The position numbers and the translations under genes are program-made. Shown here piece by piece: positions 11,177-20,553 of a DNA stretch of 64,000 nucleotides. Location of the stretch: the IMG/VR virus record IMGVR_UViG_3300027794_000004; one strand, given 5' to 3'. The notes beneath the pieces are model-generated. The model ran no database searches and had not been told where the DNA came from. It saw only the letters and a program-made list of their open reading frames with translations. Position 1 is the stretch's first letter. Each line of letters begins with the position of its first letter. This DNA is from a virus.

Positions 11177-12298
11177 TTATTTAACAACACGTACTGTGAT
11201 TTTACCACCTCCCATAGTAGGTATTTTTTTACCTGAGTCTGGAGTAATATTTTTTGAAAGTTTATCTTCCTCTTCGGCTAATTTTGCTTTTCCTAAATTA
11301 TAGAAATGTTCAGCAACTTTTTCAGCGTTCATACCGAAGTATAAAGCTTTGTGAAATCCTTCAGGGTCTTTTAACTTTCCGGTAGTTTCGTCAAAGTACT
11401 TATTGTTGAAGTTATTCAAATCAGATTGCGATTTAACAGCTTCTTTAATGCTTTCTGGCTTAATAACTAATTCATCTTCTCCAATTTTAAATTTGAAACC
11501 TTCAAACTTTTCATTAAATACCGATTCTGTTTTAGCTATGAAATCATTTCTGTTTTCCGCAATCAACTTATCAACTTCTTGTTCTCGTTGTTGAATTTTC
11601 TCAAATTCTGTCTTAGCTTGTCGATACTCTTCAGGGATTGATTCATCAAGACCCTTGCGAACCATAAACTCCTCTTTACGAGCATCTAAAACTTTGACTC
11701 CTTTTTGAAAATCGCGTTCTACGTTTATTGATTTTTCCATGATAACATCTTCGTCATCAATGTCTTCATCAAACGCGTAGTTTTTATTATAAAGAAAATC
11801 TATTTGCTTTTCTGAAAGCGTTGGATTTTCGATTTTTAAAAATTCTTTAATTACAACATCTTTACCTTCAGCGCCCCAATCTTTTTGAGTAGCTAAAAAA
11901 TCATTGTAATTAGTGTTTCCTGTTTTTTCAGTAAATTCTAAGAACTTCTCTACTTCAGGTGAAAGTTTTTTTGACTCTCTAGGTTTTAATAAATCGTCAA
12001 TACTTTCAGCATCTAAACCTCTTGTTTTTTTAATAAACTCAAAGGCTAAATTTTCGTCAAGGTCTTGAACATCAAACTCCTCTTCACTTTTTGGTTCTTG
12101 TATTTCTGTTTTCTGCTCTTCTTCATTAGTTTTAGTTTCAGTTTGTTCAACTGATTCTTCTGATTTTACAACAGGATTCCAAAAATCTTCAATACTTCCA
12201 TTCGACTCTTCTTCGTTTGGAAATTCAATGTTAAAATCTTGAACTTCTTGTTCTTCGTTATTTAGATTTTCCTCTAAATTTGAATCTTCTATTACCAT
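11177..12298 (-). CDS. Capsid scaffolding protein
   Basis: Very acidic N-terminus, coiled coil, HFYNLGKA motif, basic C-tail; directly upstream of capsid gene. Confidence 0.7.
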   Translation of the reverse strand: MVIEDSNLEENLNNEEQEVQDFNIEFPNEEESNGSIEDFWNPVVKSEESVEQTETKTNEEEQKTEIQEPKSEEEFDVQDLDENLAFEFIKKTRGLDAESIDDLLKPRESKKLSPEVEKFLEFTEKTGNTNYNDFLATQKDWGAEGKDVVIKEFLKIENPTLSEKQIDFLYNKNYAFDEDIDDEDVIMEKSINVERDFQKGVKVLDARKEEFMVRKGLDESIPEEYRQAKTEFEKIQQREQEVDKLIAENRNDFIAKTESVFNEKFEGFKFKIGEDELVIKPESIKEAVKSQSDLNNFNNKYFDETTGKLKDPEGFHKALYFGMNAEKVAEHFYNLGKAKLAEEEDKLSKNITPDSGKKIPTMGGGKITVRVVK

Positions 12299-12443
12299 TA
12301 TTTTTGAATTTAATTGATTTTATATAGCAAAGATAGAAAAAATCTATTACAATGTATGTTTTCATACTATTTTTTTATATGTGTTGTAAATACAAAAATT
12401 ATTTTTAGTTTTACAAAACATTAACAATCTAAAACCAAACATT

Positions 12444-12812
12444 ATGAAAAAGCTATTTTTAATCTTATTGTTACTTCCTTTATTTTGCTCATCTCAAACA
12501 ATTTTAAAAGACGTAGGTAGAATGTGTGTTGTTGACGAAAACAAAAACACTCGTGATTGTACCGAAGTAGTTTCTAATATGTCAATTTTCATTGAAAATG
12601 ATTATCTTGTAATTAAAACAAATATTGAAACTACAAAGTATCAAATTGATTCCTATTATGTTGATGACAACGGAAATAAACTTTCTACTTTTGATGTAAT
12701 TATTGATGGTAAGATACAAACCGCCACATCTGTTGAAGATGATTTTTGTAAAGCATTTTTTATTACAGAAAGTAATGATAAGTTTTACACTTCTTTTTTT
12801 GATTATAAATAG
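12444..12812 (+). CDS. Moron-like exported protein, unknown function
   Basis: Signal peptide MKKLFLILLLLPLFCSSQ; opposite strand to the virion operon; own terminator. Confidence 0.6.
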   Translation: MKKLFLILLLLPLFCSSQTILKDVGRMCVVDENKNTRDCTEVVSNMSIFIENDYLVIKTNIETTKYQIDSYYVDDNGNKLSTFDVIIDGKIQTATSVEDDFCKAFFITESNDKFYTSFFDYK

Positions 12813-12813
12813 T

Positions 12814-12847
12814 AAAAATCCCTTGATATTCTCAAGGGATTTTTTTT
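12814..12847. terminator. Bidirectional intrinsic terminator
   Basis: aaaaatcccttga-tattc-tcaagggattttttt between convergent genes. Confidence 0.75.
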
Positions 12848-12852
12848 GGTTT

Positions 12853-13359
12853 TTATTTTTTAACTACTTTTACTTTTAAAGCCATTTTTTCTCTTTGTGC
12901 TTTTCCTCCTTTTTGCTCTTCTAGTTTTTTCTCATAAACAGGATTACCTTCTAATTCTTCACCTGTTTGATAATTTATAACATCAGCAGAACGATGTCGG
13001 CTTTTTTCTGTATTATTTTTATCTCTATTGTAAATACGGATCATTTCTTTCTCATCATCTGATTCAGCATCTACTTCTTTAATCACGTTTCCTTTGCCAT
13101 CAATTAAACGAGATTTTTTACCAGAACCCCTTTTTTGAATATCTAGCTTTTTCTCGTAATCAGTTCTTTCAGCTTTTCCGTTGTTCATAGAAACGCCTTG
13201 TGATTCCATTGCATTTTTCTTGAATTTATCAGTAGTTGATTGCTGTTTTACACTTCTGTTTCTTAAAACTTCTTCCGGAGTTAATTCTAATTCTCCGTTT
13301 AAATTACCGTTTCCTACTTTTTTTACGGTAATCTTTTTTTCTTTTTTAGGTTGTTCCAT
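12853..13359 (-). CDS. Basic hypothetical protein (possible capsid-internal protein)
   Basis: Lys/Glu-rich; lies between portal and scaffold. Confidence 0.5.
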   Translation of the reverse strand: MEQPKKEKKITVKKVGNGNLNGELELTPEEVLRNRSVKQQSTTDKFKKNAMESQGVSMNNGKAERTDYEKKLDIQKRGSGKKSRLIDGKGNVIKEVDAESDDEKEMIRIYNRDKNNTEKSRHRSADVINYQTGEELEGNPVYEKKLEEQKGGKAQREKMALKVKVVKK

Positions 13360-13365
13360 TATTTT

Positions 13366-15801
13366 TTAGTTATTAAGGTTAAAATCTTCTAATTCTAATT
13401 CGTCTTGCTCAAAGTTTTTTGGGTCTTTGTCTTTTGCTCTTTGGTCAATTAATTCTGATTGCTGAGTAGCTTGAATTTTTGTTCGTGCATCTTTTCTGTC
13501 TTCTGCATCTTGTTGCTTCTGAACTTGACCTTCATTAATTACATATTGTAAATCTGTTTTGTAAGCATATTCAACTTCAAGTGATTTTCTTGTTTCTTCA
13601 CCTCTAATTTGTTCTTTAGCAATTTCAGTTTCAGAAATCATTTGTTGTTTTTGAGCATCAGCTTCAGCACCCATTTGAATAGTCTGTTGTTTGAATTGTT
13701 CAGCTGTTTGACTTGCTCTAATATTCTCATCAGCCTGAATTTTAAATTTCTGAGCTTCTTGTTCTTGCATTTTTTTAGAATGTTTCTCCATTAAAACACT
13801 CATGTAGGCAACCGCTTGTTTAAAGTTTCTAACATTCAAAATTTTATATTTATCTTGAAGTGCTAAATATCCTTTTTCAATTGCCATAGACATATCAGCT
13901 TCCAATTTAGCTCTTTCTTCTTCATCAAGTTCTAAATCAAGATAAATTGCGAAATCTCTTAAATGAGAATCTTTCATAGAAGTTAAATTCTCAACTGCTG
14001 TTTTACCAATTCTACGTTCTAAATCTTTTTTCAATTCAGGGTGATACATAAAAATATCCCCTAAATGATATGTGATGTTTTCAGAAACTCTTTTGCAAAT
14101 AAGTAAAGAACTATCTAAAATGTGTCTTGTAGCAATGTTTGAGTTTAATGAAGCTAATTTCTGTAATCCTACTAATGAATCTTTATCAGGAGTAGATGCT
14201 GCACTTGCTTTATTAAATCCAATAACTTCTAATTGGTCATTACGATAAGAATCTCTTTCTGTTCTTAATGCTTGGAGTTTTTGCAAGTTTCCTGCAGTCT
14301 TTAATTCGGTAATTGGAATTTTAGCATAATTGTATTCACCTCCGGCTCCTAAACTTCTACCAACAATCGAACCTGTTTGGAAAAACATATCTAAAAGTCC
14401 TTGTGGTTTTAAAACATTCCCTTCTCCTAAATCAACTTCAGCTAAAGCATCTTCATCAATAAAATAACCATCAGGCATCATTCTTTGAATCATTTGTTGT
14501 GCTTTTAACTCTGTAATTTGAATTAAATCATCAATAGACATCATTCTTGCTACTAATGAATCAATAAACATTTTATCTTTGTTTGGAGCAATCATAATGT
14601 ATTGGTCGCAAACTTTTTGTTTATTCGATTTTGGTCTTGCCATATTTTCAGAAACTTCCCAACGTAAAAGTAAATCAGTTCCAGGAACAAAAACTCCTTC
14701 AAATAATACTTCTTCTACTTTTGACACTCTTTTGTAATCGTTTTTCTTTACTTTGGTAGCATCAAAATATGGGTCGGCATCAGAAACTAATTTCTCACCT
14801 GTAGCTCTTTCTTTTATTTTTTTAAATCGTTCACGAGTTGTTCTATACGTGAAGTACATTAAAGTTGCTGTACCTTTTATTCTTTCATTTTGTGGAATAT
14901 TGTAATATGTGTCCCAAGCAGTTCCAGAATGAATTAATTGCTCTTTTAAATGTTCGTTTTCAGAGTCATTAAGAAATGGAAAGTCAGTTAAAATTTCACT
15001 AATTAAAACACGTTTAATTTCACCATGATAAAAACAATCTCTAAAGTAAGGGTCTTCTGTATATGAATTAAGTTTGTTTTCCATATTCACATATTCAGTA
15101 ATAATTCCTCTTGCCGGCTCAAATCTTGTTTTCACACAAGCTACTCCAAGCTCTACTAAATCTCTAATTACTTGTCTATTTACAATAGCTTCGTAATCGT
15201 TATCTTGTAAAACATCAGTTATTGCAAGTTCTTGTGAAATCTCATAAGAAGGTTTGTATTCTAATTGTAAATGCAATTGCATTTCTTGGTCGGTTTCAGG
15301 AATTTGGTCAAGTGGCATATTAGTCACTTCAGCACCAAGCTCTTCTTTTATTTTAATAGCAATATCTCTTCCGAATCTATCGTCTTCGATTTGCTTTCTG
15401 TATTGTTCTTTTGCTTGTTGAGAGATTTGGTCGATTGCGGTTGCTTTGATTTGATAACCTCTGTTTACCATTCCATTTACTACGATGTCAACTAATTTTG
15501 GAATAATAGTAATAGGTTTTTTACTCAAATTCAAAAATGATAAATCACCATTTGTCCCAAGAGATTCATGATATTTAGTCATTGATTGTAAGCCACGAGC
15601 GTACATTCTTCTTTCAAGAAATTGATCACGTTGTGTAAAGTATCTACAACTTGAACCGAAATGATTATAGAATTGTTCTGATTGAATAGCTCTTGCAAGA
15701 GTTAATCCCCAATCATGTGTTTTCTTTATCTCAAAACTTTCCATAGGATTCGGAAAACCAACATCCCCTTTTATTTTAAAGCTATTATCGTTATTAGTCA
15801 T
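13366..15801 (-). CDS. Portal protein
   Basis: 811 aa; LSFLNL..KPITIIPKLVDIVVNGM, MFFQTGSIVGRS and a C-terminal coiled coil as in crAss-like portals; next to terminase. Confidence 0.85.
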   Translation of the reverse strand: MTNNDNSFKIKGDVGFPNPMESFEIKKTHDWGLTLARAIQSEQFYNHFGSSCRYFTQRDQFLERRMYARGLQSMTKYHESLGTNGDLSFLNLSKKPITIIPKLVDIVVNGMVNRGYQIKATAIDQISQQAKEQYRKQIEDDRFGRDIAIKIKEELGAEVTNMPLDQIPETDQEMQLHLQLEYKPSYEISQELAITDVLQDNDYEAIVNRQVIRDLVELGVACVKTRFEPARGIITEYVNMENKLNSYTEDPYFRDCFYHGEIKRVLISEILTDFPFLNDSENEHLKEQLIHSGTAWDTYYNIPQNERIKGTATLMYFTYRTTRERFKKIKERATGEKLVSDADPYFDATKVKKNDYKRVSKVEEVLFEGVFVPGTDLLLRWEVSENMARPKSNKQKVCDQYIMIAPNKDKMFIDSLVARMMSIDDLIQITELKAQQMIQRMMPDGYFIDEDALAEVDLGEGNVLKPQGLLDMFFQTGSIVGRSLGAGGEYNYAKIPITELKTAGNLQKLQALRTERDSYRNDQLEVIGFNKASAASTPDKDSLVGLQKLASLNSNIATRHILDSSLLICKRVSENITYHLGDIFMYHPELKKDLERRIGKTAVENLTSMKDSHLRDFAIYLDLELDEEERAKLEADMSMAIEKGYLALQDKYKILNVRNFKQAVAYMSVLMEKHSKKMQEQEAQKFKIQADENIRASQTAEQFKQQTIQMGAEADAQKQQMISETEIAKEQIRGEETRKSLEVEYAYKTDLQYVINEGQVQKQQDAEDRKDARTKIQATQQSELIDQRAKDKDPKNFEQDELELEDFNLNN

Positions 15802-15899
15802 AGTAAACGTGAATTTTAAAACAAAGATAGAAAAAATTTATAGCACTTGTTAATTTCATATTATTTTTCTATACATATTTGAAAATTAAATATTTATGG

Positions 15900-15990
15900 T
15901 ATCTTTGTATCTGTATTGTCGCAGATACTTATAAGAAATTAATAAATTCCCACTTTGATAGAACTGCGACTCTTGATAAGTGGGTTTTTA
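15900..15990 (+). ncRNA. TAnnTTTG promoter plus kissing-loop leader RNA (copy A)
   Basis: tatctttg 15900-07; hairpin gtat-TGTCGCAG-atac; loop complementary to CTGCGAC (15964-70) inside hairpin cccactt...aagtggg-ttttt. Confidence 0.6.
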
Positions 15991-15995
15991 ATTTT

Positions 15996-16499
15996 ATGAA
16001 AGAAATTTTTAAAGATATTCCTGGATATGAAGGGATTTACCATGTGTCTAACTTTGGTAATGTAAAAAGTTTAAAGTTTGAAAAAGAAACGATATTGAAA
16101 TCTTATTATAATAGCGGGGGTTATTTGCAAGTTAGTTTATGGAAAAACAAAAATAGAAATAAATTTACAATTCATATATTGGTAGCACTTGCTTTTATGA
16201 ATCATATTACTGATGGCACGACTAAATTAGTAATAGACCACATTGATAACAATAAAAATAATAATTCTTTAAATAATTTACAAATTATAAGTCATAGAGA
16301 AAATATTTCTAAAGACAGGAAATCTGGAACATCTAAATACATTGGAGTTTATTGGGATAGAGCGTCTAATAAATGGAAGGCTTCTATAGGAATAGAAGGA
16401 AAAGTTAAACATTTAGGATATTTTGAAAATGAAATAGATGCAAGCAATGCTTATCAATTTGAATTAAAAAAACTAAATAAAAAAAGCTTACTAAAATGA
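15996..16499 (+). CDS. NUMOD4-HNH-AP2 homing endonuclease (start probably 15996, not 15879)
   Basis: MKEIFKDIPGYEGIYHVSNFGNVKS (NUMOD4), IDHIDNNKNNNSLNNLQ (HNH), SKYIGVYW..KWKA..KHLGYF (AP2/IENR). Confidence 0.9.
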   Translation: MKEIFKDIPGYEGIYHVSNFGNVKSLKFEKETILKSYYNSGGYLQVSLWKNKNRNKFTIHILVALAFMNHITDGTTKLVIDHIDNNKNNNSLNNLQIISHRENISKDRKSGTSKYIGVYWDRASNKWKASIGIEGKVKHLGYFENEIDASNAYQFELKKLNKKSLLK

Positions 16500-16574
16500 T
16501 AGTAAGCTTTTTTGAAACTTTAAAAGTCAGGCTTAAAATTCTATTTTAAGTGATGGTATGCAAATATACAAAAA

Positions 16575-19223
16575 TTATCTATACTGCTTAAATCTTAATG
16601 TTTGAGTTCGTTTCTCTTCTTTAGGCTTGTATAAAAACTGATTTACAGCCATAATTGCAAGTCCTGAACTAATAGATGCATCATAATCAGTACGCTTTTT
16701 AGGGTCAAATCTTAACCAATCGTACAAAGTTTTATTAAATGGCATACTTCCAATTTCTCCAACTTCTCTAATAGGTGTTTCACCATCTGTTGCTTCATAT
16801 TTCCCAACGTATTTATTAATGTATGATTCTAATGCTGTCCAATGTGCATTAATCATGTTTTGTGAAGAGTTAGGCATACCACCATACTTTTTCTCATCAG
16901 CAGAAAGTCGGTTAATGTCCTTGTCAAATCTTGTAGTAGAATATCCTCTATATCCGTTTCTAAAGAAATATTCTAACATCATCATCTTGTTATTCTCTAC
17001 CAAAATAGGCATAGAGTAAAAAACACAAGCCATTAAAGCATCTTCAAAGAAAGTTTCAGCATCTCTTGGTCGGCAAATGTATTCCAAAAAGAAATAATTA
17101 CTAGGAGCATTCGTAATGTTAAACCCTAAAATTCCGTGTATCGCACCTCTCGAGCCTAAACTTTGTTGAACTCCTTGTTCGGTATTTATTAACTTTGAAT
17201 CTACAACAGAATCTTTATCATAAGGGTCACTAGCTAAAGAGCCGTGAATAGTGTTTACAGGGCATTTCGTCTTATACCCAAATACACTTTTTTCAACCCA
17301 TTTATTTCTGTGTTCTGGTTCCGGAATCCATGACAATAAAAATCTACCATTTTCACAAGGTTTCCAAATTACTTCTGTAAATTTCACCCCATCTTTCCAA
17401 TGAAAATTACCCGAAACTAATGTTTGTTCAATATTATTACTTCGGTTGTAAGCGATTTGGTCGTTGATTTTTTCTACGTCAAATAATTGGCTTTGTAACT
17501 CATCTCTAAATGCATCTTCTATTGTGATAGGGTCAAGTCTTCTCGTGTTATTATATGCTTTAGCTCCCATTGAACGTGCAGCCTTAAATTTTGTTTCTAA
17601 GTATTGCAATGCACCTTGTGTTTGGATTTCGCCTTGAGCATTTTTGAAACTTTCTCCTGGTTTTAAAACTTCTCTACAATATCCGTATTTATCTGTAAAT
17701 CTTTCATAGTTTTTGTGTGCCGGCAAGAAGAAGCTGTAAAGTCCTGTTGCGGTTTCACCATTTTCATCACGATTTTTTACATTTGAACCATAATATAATG
17801 TTTGAAACTCGCTACCTCCTTTATCAAGTGGATTTAATGTAGAGCCAATTAATGCTTTTCCAACAATAGATCCACCTTGAACCATAGTCGGTTTTATGTT
17901 GGTCCAGTGGTCAATGTAATTGTTTGGTCTTTCCCATTTTCCTGCTTCATCTCCTAAATACATTTTCATAGCAATCGAGTCATAAGCAAGTGTAGCAGTT
18001 GCTCTATAATCAACAATAACATTTAAATAGTCATTAGTAGAAGTATCTCTTTTTTGTTTTGCTGTTTTTGTATTGTCAGAAGGTTTTCCAAATTCCATTT
18101 TTTTAACATCGTCAATTTTACCTTTTACTACCGGTTGAAAAAAGAAAGGTAAATTTCGGACCGCATAAGAATATTTTGTAAATGCTTTTACAGCATCGGC
18201 TTCTGTTTTTGATGTAATACCAAAAGCTTTATTTTTAATAGAAGTAGAATCCTGAACAATATGGTCTAAAGCCATTTCGGTAAATCCTGTGCGGCGACCT
18301 TTTACAAATATTTCACCAACACTACGCCTATCCACAATACAAGCTAACGCATGATAATACATTTGACATTGCGCCCAACGGAAATCTTTATACCCACCTG
18401 TTTCTAACATTTGGTCCCATTGTAATCCCATATAATGAGCCGGAGTAACCCAAATAGGATTTCCGTTATTCATAAACCAAACACCTTCTCTTCTTCTTCT
18501 AAACTCCTCTAAAATATAATCAGCATATTCTTCTTCGTTGTCAGGAGTTAACCCTTTTGGCATTTCTTGTCTTTTCCAATACTGTTCTTCTTCAGGAAGT
18601 TTACTGAAAAGAATGTCTTTTTTGTTTTTAGGTGGTTGCGGAAGCCAAATTTTTAATCCATCAAGCGTAATCATTTCACCCTTTGTACCTTTTGGATCAA
18701 TTATGATAGCATCGTTTTCTGAATCATACCATTCTTTATAGTAATCTTTAGTTGGGTAAAATTCTTGATTAGCAAATCTTTCAGGATAACCGGGTTTAAA
18801 TTCTTGTTCTTTAAAATTAAGAGTTTTACTTTCTATTTGTCGCTCTAAGATTTTAATACCCGAATCTATTTCATTAATTGCTCTGTAAATTACAGGTTTT
18901 GATTTAATTGCTGCACCATACTTCTCTGGGTCTAAATCATCAAAGTCAATTTCTTTAATTAAAGCAGAACGTAAGATATTAGCACTTGTGTTTCCTGCTT
19001 GTATTAGTTTTTGAGTGTATTTAACTAATTTATCTTCTCGTGGAGCATTTGGTGAGTTTTGCCAAATACCTAACATTTCTTTTATAGATGAAAATGAATC
19101 TTGTCTTGATTTTACAAGTCTTTCAAGTTTTTCGTCATCTACTAAAAGAATATCAATTTCTTTTGTCAGTCCTGTAAGAGAATTATTTATTGCTATTTCT
19201 ATATCGGAACTTAAATTTTTCAT
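16575..19223 (-). CDS. terL: Terminase large subunit with N-terminal helical extension
   Basis: Walker A-like VKGRRTGFT, Walker B MYLGDEAGKW, nuclease-domain SDPYD and DASISSGLA. Confidence 0.9.
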   Translation of the reverse strand: MKNLSSDIEIAINNSLTGLTKEIDILLVDDEKLERLVKSRQDSFSSIKEMLGIWQNSPNAPREDKLVKYTQKLIQAGNTSANILRSALIKEIDFDDLDPEKYGAAIKSKPVIYRAINEIDSGIKILERQIESKTLNFKEQEFKPGYPERFANQEFYPTKDYYKEWYDSENDAIIIDPKGTKGEMITLDGLKIWLPQPPKNKKDILFSKLPEEEQYWKRQEMPKGLTPDNEEEYADYILEEFRRRREGVWFMNNGNPIWVTPAHYMGLQWDQMLETGGYKDFRWAQCQMYYHALACIVDRRSVGEIFVKGRRTGFTEMALDHIVQDSTSIKNKAFGITSKTEADAVKAFTKYSYAVRNLPFFFQPVVKGKIDDVKKMEFGKPSDNTKTAKQKRDTSTNDYLNVIVDYRATATLAYDSIAMKMYLGDEAGKWERPNNYIDHWTNIKPTMVQGGSIVGKALIGSTLNPLDKGGSEFQTLYYGSNVKNRDENGETATGLYSFFLPAHKNYERFTDKYGYCREVLKPGESFKNAQGEIQTQGALQYLETKFKAARSMGAKAYNNTRRLDPITIEDAFRDELQSQLFDVEKINDQIAYNRSNNIEQTLVSGNFHWKDGVKFTEVIWKPCENGRFLLSWIPEPEHRNKWVEKSVFGYKTKCPVNTIHGSLASDPYDKDSVVDSKLINTEQGVQQSLGSRGAIHGILGFNITNAPSNYFFLEYICRPRDAETFFEDALMACVFYSMPILVENNKMMMLEYFFRNGYRGYSTTRFDKDINRLSADEKKYGGMPNSSQNMINAHWTALESYINKYVGKYEATDGETPIREVGEIGSMPFNKTLYDWLRFDPKKRTDYDASISSGLAIMAVNQFLYKPKEEKRTQTLRFKQYR

Positions 19224-19323
19224 TTGAATTTAATTTATATTGTCAAAGATACAAAAATAACAAATAAAAAAACCGCTTTGAAAATGGCATCAAAGCGGTT
19301 CTAAACATGAATGAAAAAAACTT

Positions 19324-19644
19324 TTAGTTGTGTGTAACTTTAAATTGGATTTTAGCAACTGCATTTAAAACTGCTACTCCAACATTTGAAACTTTTACTA
19401 CGAAACTACCTTTTGTTTGAGAAACAAGTACTGCTTTCACATCACCTGTTGTTCCTGCATAAACAGGAGTAAGCATAATAGTTGAAGTTTCTTGAACTTT
19501 GTCGTTATTAACTGTAAAGTTAAACGATGTATCTGCTGCATCTACTAAGGAAACTGTTGTAACAATTCCATCATAGCCATTAGCTGTAACAGCTGTGGTT
19601 TTAGAACTCGATTGAACGACTTCTTTAATTCTTCTTACTGACAT
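19324..19644 (-). CDS. Small beta-rich virion protein (decoration/fibre-like)
   Basis: Val/Thr-rich; own promoter at 19679-86 and terminator at ~19266-19300. Confidence 0.45.
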   Translation of the reverse strand: MSVRRIKEVVQSSSKTTAVTANGYDGIVTTVSLVDAADTSFNFTVNNDKVQETSTIMLTPVYAGTTGDVKAVLVSQTKGSFVVKVSNVGVAVLNAVAKIQFKVTHN

Positions 19645-19693
19645 AACCTTCTGTATTAGTTGTTAATAATTTAAAGTACAAATATAGTAAAAA

Positions 19694-20260
19694 CTATTCA
19701 AGTATTGCTAAAATTCTATCATTTTTCATTTTGTATAAATGCATTCCGAAAATATAAAATGAATACTCGCAGAATTTTCTGAAATGTATCTTGGTATTTT
19801 CAAGAACTCCAATATTTGACAACTTTTCATTAGTGAATTTTACAACTCCTTGTCTTTCTAAAAGTTTTGGTCCTTCCCAATAATCTTCGAAATGAATTGG
19901 TTCTACAAAAACATTGTCATTATACGCGTTAATTCTACCATCTCGGATGTACATATAAATCAAATCTTCTGGAATAAAGAACACTTCATCTTTAAAATGA
20001 AAATCAGACTGCATTGGAATACCTTTGTCGTTATAAGTAATTCGAAATACGTTGTGGTGAATAACTACGTCATCACCTACTTTTAATTCTCCTTGATAAT
20101 GAAATGGTAAAGAAATTACAGTCCCTATTCTTTGTACGTCAACTGCATCTTCAATAGAAGTGTTTACTACCAATTCAGTATTACCTACTTTTAATTCATT
20201 GACATATTGTTGTCCTTCTTTTGGTGTAATTCCTATTTTAAATGGTGAAGTTAATTGCAT
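19694..20260 (-). CDS. GroES-like co-chaperonin-fold protein
   Basis: RIGTVISLP...LKVGDDVVIHHN and a second GVVKF...RILAIL half resemble tandem Cpn10 folds. Confidence 0.5.
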   Translation of the reverse strand: MQLTSPFKIGITPKEGQQYVNELKVGNTELVVNTSIEDAVDVQRIGTVISLPFHYQGELKVGDDVVIHHNVFRITYNDKGIPMQSDFHFKDEVFFIPEDLIYMYIRDGRINAYNDNVFVEPIHFEDYWEGPKLLERQGVVKFTNEKLSNIGVLENTKIHFRKFCEYSFYIFGMHLYKMKNDRILAILE

Positions 20261-20265
20261 AAAAT

Positions 20266-20553
20266 TTAATCTATTTTGTATTCAATTGATGTTTGATCGT
20301 TTTTAGGAAGTTTTTTCCATAATTGACTTGCTGAACCATCTTCTAAATAAATTAGTACGTGGTTTTTAGTTTCCTCAATATTACAGATTCTTCTTTTTAT
20401 TTTTTGGCTGTCAATGTAGATTGTGTGTTCTACTCCTACAATGAGATTTAACGACTTTTCAGTTGTTGTACCATCTTCGTTTTCTATAAGTATAACTCTT
20501 GCAACTGATACTTTTCTGATTTCGTTTTCGCTTGACATTTTATAAAATTTCAA
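20266..20553 (-). CDS. Hypothetical protein
   Basis: ORF with IRKVSV...LWKKLP; tightly packed in operon. Confidence 0.55.
   Translation of the reverse strand: MKFYKMSSENEIRKVSVARVILIENEDGTTTEKSLNLIVGVEHTIYIDSQKIKRRICNIEETKNHVLIYLEDGSASQLWKKLPKNDQTSIEYKID

Noticed and set aside
15879..15995. Track N-terminal extensions of HNH genes (15879 and 53746 starts)
   Set aside because: They overlap the promoter or structured leader; the NUMOD4 domain begins at ATG 15996 and 53788
15996..16499. HNH genes as intron- or intein-encoded
   Set aside because: All four are free-standing between intact genes with their own promoters
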